The notes under the pieces are model-generated. The model saw nothing but the letters and a program-made list of their open reading frames with translations, did no database searches and had not been told where the DNA came from. A DNA stretch of 64,000 nt, from the NCBI GenBank assembly GCA_950097015.1, contig CATNEN010000002.1, positions 930,001 to 994,000 on the forward strand, given 5' to 3'. The position numbers and the translations under genes are program-made. This DNA comes from Macrostomum hystrix (taxonomy: Eukaryota > Animalia > Platyhelminthes). Positions 11,701 through 21,548 of this stretch are shown here, in pieces (within the stretch, counting starts at the first letter, position 1; each line of letters starts with the position of its first letter).

Positions 11701-12624
11701 CGGTGAGCGAGTTTCATCCGATGGGTGAGGAGGAGAGAATCGTCTTCCTGCACATCGAAGGTCGAGAGGAGCGAACGTTCGTTGCCACTGAGGATGGTCG
11801 AGAGGACTCGTACAAGAACGAACAAGAAATCGACACAGTCGTGAGTGCCTTTTATGAGTATAGTTATTTGCTAATGATTCATTGTGCCGATTTGTTTTTA
11901 CGTGCTGCGGTCGAAATTTTTCGCCTACTTATTTCCACTACTTCAATCAATTTGGGTTTTCTGTTTCTGAATTCAGATTCGGGTCTACAGGGAGATTTTG
12001 CACCGACTGAGTGGCCCTGACAGGAATGATCCTCACCGATGCGTGGCGCTGATGTCGCAGTACCGGTTCCAGGTCGCTGCGATCAAACAACGCCTGCAGT
12101 CTGAGAGCCTGCCGATGCCCACGGTCAGCACGGTGATCGCCTGTCAGGGCAGCGAGTTCGCATATGTGCTGCTCAGCCTGGTCCGCTCCATGCCGAGCTA
12201 CGACATTGAGGAGAACCCGCTGCCCGGCTGGGAGCGGAAGTTCCTCGGCTTCATCACCGATGAGAACCAGACCAACGTGGCGCTGACGAGGGCTCAGCGG
12301 GGCCTAATTATCGTTGGTTAGTTGTTGGGTATCGAAAGAAAGCTGTACATGTACTCGAATTTCATGTAGTTGATGTCAACAGTTTACGAAGCCAACTTGA
12401 TGTTCATTTATTAGTCCAATGAACATGCCATTCTCAAGGTTTAATTTTTGCCCCCCCTCACTTTTTCCTGATTAACAGGCAACAAAAAGCTTCTGTGCCG
12501 CGATCCAAACTGGTCCCACTTGCTGCATGATCTTCAGGAGCGCGGTTGCATCCCAATGCATGCCAAGGACTTTCCTAACCACACAGGATTCAGGCGGGCG
12601 CTCACTAGGTCTGGTCGGCTATAA
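5711..12624 (+). CDS. HELZ2: HELZ2-like RNB exoribonuclease + UPF1-like SF1 helicase, paralog 2; join(5711..9437,9593..9766,10137..11305,11394..11840,11977..12316,12479..12624), 2000 aa
   Basis: All introns are GT..AG with consistent phases, and the total of 6003 nt is divisible by 3. The CSD/OB-like KGRSNCGRACDDDEVIVEV and RNB motifs TIDNPETKDMDDAIS, LVEELMVAAN and HFTSPMRRYADL are present. Walker A GPPG|TGKT is split by intron 2; other helicase motifs are IIIDEAG, GDHKQLAP, LNQQYRM|HP, QGSE and NVALTRAQ. Confidence 0.92.
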
Positions 12625-12749
12625 AACAGTCACGAGCAGACAAATGACAAGTAAAATTGACTAGTTTAGCAGCTTGTGCTTTGTATTTGACGTTTCGTAT
12701 GGCGGTAATGTATTTAAATTGATAAATGCGTATTTTTCTGCACTTTACG

Positions 12750-13092
12750 CGGAAGTTCCTCGGCTTCATCACCGATGAGAAACAGACCAACGTGGCGCTG
12801 ACGAGGGCTCAGTGGGGCCTCGTTATTATCGGTGAGGCCAGATATCGCTTTTTCATGATAAAAATGATAAAAATGCTTTTTACAAGGCAAAGCTTTTATG
12901 AGGAACAGGATCTATTATATTTTGGTCCCCTACGCAGGCAACAAGCTTCTGTTGCGACGCGATCCGATCTGGTCCTATCTGATGGACGATCTTAAGCAGC
13001 GCGGCTGCATTCCGAAACGCCCGGACGACTTTCCTAATCTGACGGTGGATATTCCTAATCAGCGCAAACTGACGAGGACTGGGAGGCTGTGA
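12750..13092 (+). CDS. duplicated 3' end of the helicase gene: partial penultimate exon (~12750-12831) plus intact alternative terminal exon 12938..13092
   Basis: RKFLGFITDEKQTNVALTRAQWGLVII followed by G|gtgag, then cag|GCAAC giving GNKLLLRRDPIWSYLMDDLKQRGCIPKRPDDFPNLTVDIPNQRKLTRTGRL*. It has the same splice phase as exon 6. Confidence 0.75.
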
Positions 13093-13628
13093 AACAGTTA
13101 TTGTTTCACACTAGAAATAATGATCACCCTTACTTCCAACACATTCCAGTTTTTCTTTTAAAAGGGCACTGGTGTGATTTCTGAAGCACAAAAGAGTTTT
13201 TTACTCCACCAAAAATTGAGGCCACTGCGGAGTTGCTTGGCTCTGGCCATTTTATTTAGCTCGTAACAGCTCGTTCGTGTAGTTTCGCATGTTATCTTTG
13301 ACCATAACTCCAACGACGTTCAGATTATTAGCTAGACTTACCTGACCGCCGTCTAAAATTTGATTTGTCATATTTAGCTGTCCGTACAACGGCCGAAATG
13401 TTTGTGTCGCATAATTTTACTAATCCAGGCAGGCAAGCGTGATTTTTAACATTATTTATTTTTTTTTCTATCAAGCCAAAAATTTCACAAAATTCTGTAA
13501 AGTTAAACTGAATGAGAAAAAAAGTTTACTCTTTTGGCTTGAATTTCACTTTTCATTTGTCTATTTAGTTTACCACAGTTCAAGATGTGTATTATTAGTG
13601 TCACACAATCAGAACAAACATCGAGTTT

Positions 13629-14085
13629 CTCCTCCTTCCTCCTTCCTCCTTCCTTCCTCCTCCTTCCTCCTTCCTCCTCCTGCCTCCTTTCTTCCTCCTT
13701 CCTCCTCCTTCCTTTCTCCTCCTTCCTCCTTCCTCCTCCTTCCTCCTCCTTCCTTCTCCTTCCTACTCCTACCTCCTTCCTCCTTCCTTTCTCCTCCTTC
13801 CTCCTTCCTTCTCCTTCCTCCTTCCTCCTCCCTTCCTTCCTCCTTCATCCTCCTTCCTCCTTCTTCCTCCTTCCTCCTCCCTTCCTTCCTCCTTCCTCCT
13901 CCTTCCTCCTTCCTCATCCTTCCTCCTTCCTCCTTCTTTCTCCTTCCTCCTCCCTTCCTTCCTCCTTTCTCCTCCCTTCCTTCCTCCTTCCTCCTCCCTT
14001 CCTCCTCCCTTCCTTCCTCCTTCCTCCTCCCTTCCTTCCTCCTTCCTCCTCCCTTCCTTCCACCTCCTCCCTTCCTCCTCCCTCA
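13629..14085. repeat. polypyrimidine (TTCCTCC/TCC)n tract
   Basis: Nearly pure T/C on the + strand. Confidence 0.95.
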
Positions 14086-14999
14086 GAGAGATGGGCCATC
14101 TCTCTGTAACAGAAACCTGCTGTCACATTGGGGAACAACAAGTAGTCACTGGGGGCCAGGTCAGGAGAATAGGCAGGGTGAGGCAGCAACTCGAAGCCTA
14201 GTCTCCTGATGACATCCATAGTTGCATTGCAGGTATGCGGCCTGGCGTTGTCCTGCTGCAGCACAATGCCCCTGGTGATCCTTCCCCGGCCCTCACTCTT
14301 GATCTTCTCATGCAGCCGTTCCAATATTTCACAGTAGCACTGGGCATTGATGGTTCTGCCTTCAGGTAGCTACTCGATCAGCAAGATGCCTTCTCTGTCC
14401 CAGAACACGGTGGCCATGCGCTTACCTGCTGACTGCACCGGCTTGGCCTTGACCGGTGGGGGTTCGTGAGTAGCCTTCCAGACGCTGCTCTGCTGTTTCG
14501 TTTCCGGTTCGTAGAAGTGAAACCACGTTTCATCACCAGTCACCAGGCGGCCAAGAAAGTCGGGCTCGTTTTGATATGCGTTGAGCACGTGGCGGCACAT
14601 ATGGACCCTCTCTTGCAGTTGGACAGGAGTCAGCAGTTTAGGGACCCATCGTGCAACAAATCGTGTCATATGCAGATGGTCGGAGATGATGCGATGAATG
14701 CTCTTCATTGGCATCTCCAACAAGTCCTCTAACTGCCTCAGGGTTGCTCCACGATCATCATCCAGGGCATGCTGCACACGCTGGATGTTGTCACGACCGC
14801 GGTGCACCTGGGCGCACCTGGGTGCATCATCAACTGTCTCCCAGCCGTCCTCAAAGCGCTGCACCCACTTTGACACAGTTTGTTTCTAATGTGCATCCTC
14901 GCCAAAGATTTGCAGCAGCTCGCTGTAAACATCAGCCTGCTTCTTCTGCTGCTTCCACCACACCAAATGACTGCGCTTGGCAGCTTCACTTTTCTCCAT
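14085..14999 (-). mobile_element. mariner (DD34D) transposase pseudogene, 3'-truncated
   Basis: A single frame carries WVPKLLT, TGDETW, QQDNARPH and [10 protein letters not shown], with 34 residues between the 2nd and 3rd Asp. It has two in-frame TAG stops (~14887 and 14370) and runs into the TCC tract after LLFP. No TIR was recognised. Confidence 0.9.
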
Positions 15000-15303
15000 A
15001 CTGGCTAACTAGAAGGCTGGTTTGAATGCCACTCGATTTCTGCCTTATCTCATTCCTCCAAAAACCTTCCAAAAACAAAAAGAAAAACAAATTGCAAGAA
15101 TGATACGCCATATTATCTTTTTTAAACATACCTATGCCAAATTAGCACATAAATTTATTGACATATTCATTGAATATCAAATTAAAGATCAAATGGCACA
15201 TTGTTTCTCTTTAAAACTTCAGACACATAAACAAAAAAGCCAATTGACCGAACCACTACTGCAAAGTCTCTGCTTCATCTACGATTGCTTCATCACTGCC
15301 GAC

Positions 15304-16866
15304 TCACTCCACATTCAGCACCACCAGTCGACTTTTCCAGACGTCAGCCACCACGAGCTGCTCGCGCGTGCCTCCCATCACCACCGCCAGACCACATGGA
15401 TATTTGAATCTGCCGACACCGCTGCCGCTCTCGCCCGGCACCCCCAGAGTCCACAGCAGCGACCCGTCGTCTGCAGCCACTGCTCGCACTGAGTCACCCA
15501 TCCACTCACTCACGAACAGGCGGCCTCTCCTGTCCACGGCCACACCCATCGGCCAAACAAACTCTTTGAGACCGCAACGCTCAGTCGGGTGCGAGGCGAC
15601 CACCTGCTGGGTGTCAATGCGCACTCTGTGCACCTGCTTGTGCTCACAGTCTGTCACGAGAATGCAGTTGTCGTGAATCGCCACTCTGCCCAGTCCAGCA
15701 TCAGGAAGCTCAGACAGCGTGATGACCGTCTCCATCTCGCCAGTCGCTTTGCTGAATGCAACAGTTTTGTTGCCACCAGACACAAACACGGAGGCTGCGT
15801 TGCCGCCGATTCCCTCAATGCCACGAAAGCCCTCGATTTGTGGTTCGACTCGACGCACCGTTCGACCGCTCAGGTCCGTCATTGTCACTGCGTCCTCTTG
15901 AGCAATGAACAGCAGCTGACGGTCACAGAGAAGACCCCAGATCCACTTCTTCCAGTCGATGTCGCAGCGGCACCGCAGCTTCTTCGAGCCGTCCACAGAC
16001 AACGCCTGAAGGTGGTCTTTGCTGTCTAGCGCTAAAAATGCGAAGATGCAGGGCTGAGGCAGAGCCTCACCGCCGTCACTCGCTGACTCGGCGGCCACCA
16101 CACGGCCCGAACGGTCACCAACGAATCCGCTGGTGTCGCTGCACACCGCCAGCCACTCAACCCAGCCATCCAGCTTCACTTCATGACTGAACACGATCGG
16201 ATCTAGCAATACCTGTCTCGCCATCGCCATCGCCTTCATTGCGTCGTCGATCTCCTCGGGTGTCGCCCTGACCTCAGCGTCTCTCCAGCCCTCACGAGTC
16301 CACACGTTCACACGAGCCAACGCTCTGCCGAACTTTTCCGACACCTGCCCCAGTCGCTCCAGCTGCTGCTCCGCTCCCAAGCTCTCCTCCAACGACTTCT
16401 GCAGCCGATCAAAGTCCGCCTTCAAGTCATCGAGCGACAACTCCATCGACATCGTCAGCTCGACAAGCTTCGACATGTCGCCTGCAGCCTCCGCCATCGC
16501 CGTCTCCTGCCTGTAGCTTCTCACATCGTCCATGTCCCGCTGCCACACACGCGCTGTCTCAATCCGAGCTATCATCGGACATGTCAGTCGATCTTCACTC
16601 GAATCTCGTGAATCCAATCTCCTCCACCACCTGCTGCACTGCCGCCTGCAGCTTCGGCTTGTGGGAAGGCACGCAGCTTCTCATCGACCTTCTCCTTCAG
16701 CTTGAGGGCATCCGCCACATCAACACTCAGGTGTTCCGAGCACAGGTAGTGCTCTGAGAACGGACCCCGGCCGACTGCAGCTTTTTGGCAGACGACGCAG
16801 ATTGGGATGGCTTCAGGAGGTCCTTCGGAACTCGAGCTGTCGCTGCATGGGGTCTCCACGCTGCAT
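15304..16866 (-). pseudogene. B-box-like/coiled-coil/NHL-repeat gene, frameshifted copy
   Basis: Near-identical to 21549..23168 but has a 4-bp insertion (GCAT, ~16845) and a 58-bp deletion (equivalent to 22854-22911). These split it into track ORFs 16584..16859 and 15304..16617. Confidence 0.8.
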
Positions 16867-17289
16867 TTTCAGATTCGAGGTCTGGAAAGAGAGTCGGAAA
16901 GAGGCCGTGAGAGTTGAAGACTGCTGCTGGAATCTGCCAGAACTCTAATATTATCTCAGTGTCAAAAATGCTCAACTTCAATCCGCTACCTCAGAAAGCT
17001 GGGAAGCAGAAAAGTTGCAGAGCTGCCGTAAGCAGGCCGATGCTGAGGCTCAGGTGAGAATGAGTTTCAATCAGACAGCAGTCAAAAGCTGTGCTCAGGT
17101 TTTTGAGATGACTCTCTCGTAAGCTAGGTGTCTCAGTTAAACTCTAATCTGTTGCTAAGCAACAGTGAGAAGCCTGAGTCTGGTCGCTATTGGAGAACAG
17201 AATGAAATCATTGAGCTGCTATTGCTGGAGGGACAGGAGGAGAGGAGACGGGAAGGAGAAGGAGGAAAGAGTACCTGAAACTCAGTGGA

Positions 17290-17490
17290 CATGTCAGTGC
17301 GTGTTAGGTGAAGCAGTGGGTGTCAGGGGAAGCAGTGGGTGTCAGGTGAATCAGTGGGTGTCAGGTGAAGCAGTGGGTGTCAGAGGAAGCAGTGGGTGTT
17401 AGGTGAAGCAGTGGGTGTTAGTTGAAGCCGTGGGTGGCAGGTGAATCAGTGGGTTTCAGGTGAAGCAGTGGGTGTCAGGTGAAGCAGTGG
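17290..17490. repeat. 19-bp minisatellite (TCAGGTGAAGCAGTGGGTG)n
   Basis: Visible tandem units; a longer homologous array lies at 23740-24140. Confidence 0.9.
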
Positions 17491-17684
17491 GCATCAGGAT
17501 ATTTACCTTATAGACTGGAGATTCACCATTTAGATGGGAGATTTACCTGTGAAACTGAATATTCACCTGTTAGATATGGCTCTAATTAAAAAATCGAATG
17601 CAGCAGAACCAGTGACACCTACTTGCTGAATTCCAGCTGCATCAAAATAAGCTCAGACTCAGGTTCAGAGACAAATCAGAAAAC

Positions 17685-18210
17685 CAGTTCTTGTGCCGTC
17701 TGCGAAAAAGCCGCAGTCGGCCGGGATCCTACCTGTGCTCGGAACACCTGAGTGTTGATGTGGCGGATGCCATCAAGCTGAAGAACCATGTTGATGAGGA
17801 GCTGAGTGCCTACTCTCAAGCCGAAGCTGCAGGTGTGCCGGATGTCAGGCAGAATCTGCTTCAAAGAATGCTCAAGCGAAATGCCGTTGTGGATAAGGCC
17901 TTCAATAACATTCAGCAAAGCCTTCATTCGCACCGCTCTCTCCTGACAGACTTCATGAATGCTCGAGTTGAGACAGTCAATGCATGGCAGCGGGACCTCG
18001 AAGACATCGAAAGTTACAAAGAAGAGGTCGCGGAGGCTGGCTTTGTCCATGGACTTGTCGCTTCCGGAGCTAGAGGCGGACTTTGATCGGGCGCAGAAGT
18101 TGGTTGACAATTCGGAAGTCGAGCAGCAGCTGGAGCGACTGCGCCGACTCGAGAATCTCGTGGACAGTGTTGCGGCTGCTGAAGTCGGGACTGTGGCATC
18201 CAGAGACTGA
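17685..18210 (+). pseudogene. truncated B-box-like/coiled-coil fragment related to the NHL gene (no NHL domain)
   Basis: CAVCEKAAVGR, then a frameshift to YLCSEHLSVDVADAIKLK...ARVETVNAWQRDLEDIESY, then a frameshift to LSLPELEADFDRAQKL. These match CVVCQKAAVGR/YLCSEHLSVDVAD/ARIETARVWQRDMDDV/LSLDDLKADFDRLQK of the intact gene. Confidence 0.75.
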
Positions 18211-18219
18211 TGCCATCAG

Positions 18220-18410
18220 GGTTCTTCTCCCCCTGATCCTTCAGGGTTCTACTCCCCCTGATCCTTCAGTGTTCTACTCCCCCTGATCCTTCAGAGTTCT
18301 ACTCCCCCTGATCCTTTAGTGTTCTACTCCCCCTGATCCTTCAGTGTTCTACTCCCACTGATCCTTGAGTGTTCTACTACCCCTTATCCAGCCCTTTCAA
18401 ACCCTGATCC
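18220..18410. repeat. 25-bp minisatellite (GTTCTACTCCCCCTGATCCTTCAGT)n
   Basis: Units start at 18246, 18271 and onward; a shorter homologous array lies at ~25050-25145. Confidence 0.9.
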
Positions 18411-19059
18411 CTCAATATTCTATTGCCCCCTTGATGCATGTCTCATCCTAGAAATTGTGTGCAATTTGAAGTAAGACATGCCATTATTAGTTTGTTTACA
18501 AAACGTGATAAATTTGTAATAAATCAATCCCACTGGCCACCTGAGTCCTACTCAAGATTCTCAAGTGCAAAGACTCGGGCAAGAATCTGTCTTCCCGCGG
18601 ATCAGCTAAGAATGTTTCTCGCTGAAACAGCAGCTGCAAAATTTGGGGATAATTACGCTTCTGAAATTTCCTTCCAGCTGTCCGGATTGCCACCTGAATC
18701 TGTTGTGGTGGGGCCGATTTCATAAAATACAGCTAACGGCTTTTTAGCTGCGACTTGGACTACTTTTCCATGACTTGGTTTCATAAACGCATAGCTATCA
18801 AGCCACAGCTTGATGTCTATGGTAAAAGCCGTTGAGGCCGCAGGGCCATGATATATATATTCGATTTCATAAAACTAGTCGTGGTAGAAAAGCAGTGTCT
18901 ATTTAGCAGTAAATTTCCAGCCTGCCTCGAACACGGCTAGCGAATGAATTTTTTTCATTTACACGGTCTACTTAATGAGCAAGAAGGCAGACAAGCTCGA
19001 GTCTTCCTGGACAGGCGTTATTTCGCTGTTACAGCAGATTTTGTGCAGAGATTCAGACT

Positions 19060-21305
19060 CCTTCCACCTCCTTCCTCCTTCCTCCTTCCTCCTTCCTCCT
19101 TCCTCCTTCCTCCTTCCTCCTTCCTCCTTCCTCCTTCCTCCTTCCTCCTTCCTCCTTCCTCCTTCCTCCTTCCTCCTTCCTCCTTCCTCCTTCCTCCTTC
19201 CTCCTTCCTCCTTCCTCCTTCCTCCTTCCTCCTTCCTCCTTCCTCCTTCCTCCTTCCTCCTTCCTCCTTCCTCCTTCCTCCTTCTTCCTCCCTTCCTCCT
19301 TCCTCCTTCCTCCTTCCTCCTCCGTCCTCCTTCCTCCTTCCTCCTTCCTCCTTCCTCCTTCCTCCTTCCTCCTTCCTCCTCCTTCCTTCCTCCTTTCTCC
19401 TTCCTCCTTCCTCCTCCCTCCTTCCTCCTGCCTCCTTCCTCCTTCCTCCTTCCTCCTCCTTCTTCCTTCCTTCCTCCTTCCTCTTCTTTCCTCCTTCCTT
19501 CCTCCTTCCTCCTTCCTCCTGCCTCCTTCCTTCCTTCCTTCCTCCTTCCTCCTTCCTCCTTCCTCCTTCCTCCTTCCTCCTCTTCCTCCTTCCTCCTTCT
19601 TCCTTCCTCCTCTTCCTCCTTCCTCCTTCCTCCTTCCTCCTTAATCCATTCTCCTTCTTCCTCCTTTCTCCTTCCTCCTTCCTCCTTCCTCCTTCCTCCT
19701 TCTTCCTCCCTTCCTCCTTCCTCCTTCCTCCTTCCTCCTCCGTCCTCCTTCCTCCTTCCTCCTTCCTCCTTCCTCCTTCCTCCTTCCTTCTTCCTCCTTC
19801 CTCCTTCCTCCCTCCTCCTTCCTCCTTCCTCCTCCTTCCTCCTTCCTCCTTCCTCCTTCCTCCTTCCTCCTTCCTCCTTCCTCCTTCCTCCTTCCTCCTT
19901 CCTCCTTCCTCCTTCCTCCTTCCTCCTCTTCCTCCTTCCTCCTCCTTCCTTCCTCCTTTCTCCTTCCCCCTTCCTCCTCCCTCCTTCCTCCTGCCTCCTT
20001 CCTCCTTCCTCCTTCCTCCTCCTTCTTCCTTCCTTCCTCCTTCCTCTTCTTTCCTCCTTCCTTCCTCCTTCCTCCTTCCTCCTGCCTCCTTCCTTCCTTC
20101 CTTCCTCCTTCCTCCTTCCTCCTTCCTCCTTCCTCCTTCCTCCTCTTCCTCCTTCCTCCTTCTTCCTTCCTCCTCTTCCTCCTTCCTCCTTCCTCCTTCC
20201 TCCTTAATCCATTCTCCTCCTTCCTCCTTTCTCCTTCCTCCTTCCTCCTTCCTCCTTCCTCCTTCTTCCTCCCTTCCTCCTTCCTCCTTCCTCCTTCCTC
20301 CTCCGTCCTCCTTCCTCCTTCCTCCTTCCTCCTTCCTCCTTCCTCCTTCCTCCTTCCTCCTTCCTCCTTCCTCCCTCCTCCTTCCTCCTTCCTCCTCCTT
20401 CCTCCTTCCTCCTTCCTCCTTCTTCCTTCCTCCTCTTCCTCCTTCCTCCTCCTTCCTTCCTCCTTTCTCCTTCCTCCTTCCTCCTCCCTCCTTCCTCCTG
20501 CCTCCTTCCTCCTTCCTCCTTCCTCCTCCTTCTTCCTTCCTTCCTCCTTCCTCTTCTTTCCTCCTTCCTTCCTCCTTCCTCCTTCCTCCTGCCTCCTTCC
20601 TTCCTTCCTTCCTCCTTCCTCCTTCCTCCTTCCTCCTTCCTCCTTCCTCCTCTTCCTCCTTCCTCCTTCTTCCTTCCTCCTCTTCCTCCTTCCTCCTTCC
20701 TCCTTCCTCCTTAATCCATTCTCCTTCTTCCTCCTTTCTCCTTCCTCCTTCCTCCTTCCTCCTTCCTCCTTCTTCCTCCCTTCCTCCTTCCTCCTTCCTC
20801 CTTCCTCCTCCGTCCTCCTTCCTCCTTCCTCCTTCCTCCTTCCTCCTTCCTCCTTCCTCCTTCCTCCTTCCTCCTTCCTCCCTCCTCCTTCCTCCTTCCT
20901 CCTCCTTCCTCCTTCCTCCTTCCTCCTCCTTCCTCCTTCCTTCCTCCTTCCTCTTCTTTCCTCCTTCCTTCCTCCTTCCTCCTTACTCCTGCCTCCTTCC
21001 TTCCTTCCTCCTTACTTCCTTCCTCCTTCCTCCTTCCTCCTCCTTCCTGCTCCTTCCACCTTCCTCCTTCTTCCTTCCTCCTTCCTCCTTCCTCCTTCCT
21101 CCTTCCTCCTTCCTCCTTGCTCCTTCCTCCTTCCTCCTTCCTCCTTCCTCCTTCCTCCTTCCTCCTTCCTCCTCCTTCCTCCTTCCTCCTTCCTCCTTCC
21201 TCCTTCCTCCTTCCTCCTTCCTCCTGCCTCCTTCCTCCTCCTTCCTCCTCCTTCCACCTTCCTCCCTCCTCCTCTTTTTTCCTTTCGCTTTACTCCTTCT
21301 TCCTC
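19060..21305. repeat. 2.2-kb polypyrimidine (TTCCTCC)n tract with internal higher-order duplications
   Basis: The marker TTAATCCATTCTCC recurs at 19641, 20204 and 20711. The tract explains the 799-aa and 410-aa PPSSFLL ORFs. Confidence 0.95.
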
Positions 21306-21548
21306 TTTTCTCCAAAAACATTCCAAAAAAGAAAAAACAATAACAATTAACAAAATGCAGCAATGATGCGCTATATTGTCATTCTTTATCATACCCATGC
21401 TTAATTACCATATACATTTATTGACATATTCAATAAAATAGGACAATTTGTTCCTCTCGTTAAAACTTCAAACGCATAAACAAAAGAGCCTTTTCACCGA
21501 ACAACTCCTGCAAAGTCTCTGCTTCATCTACGCTCACTGACTGACGAC

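Noticed and set aside
18944-21343. 799-aa and 410-aa PPSSFLL ORFs, and the 13439-14209 ORF
   Set aside because: Translation of pure T/C tracts that cannot contain stop codons.
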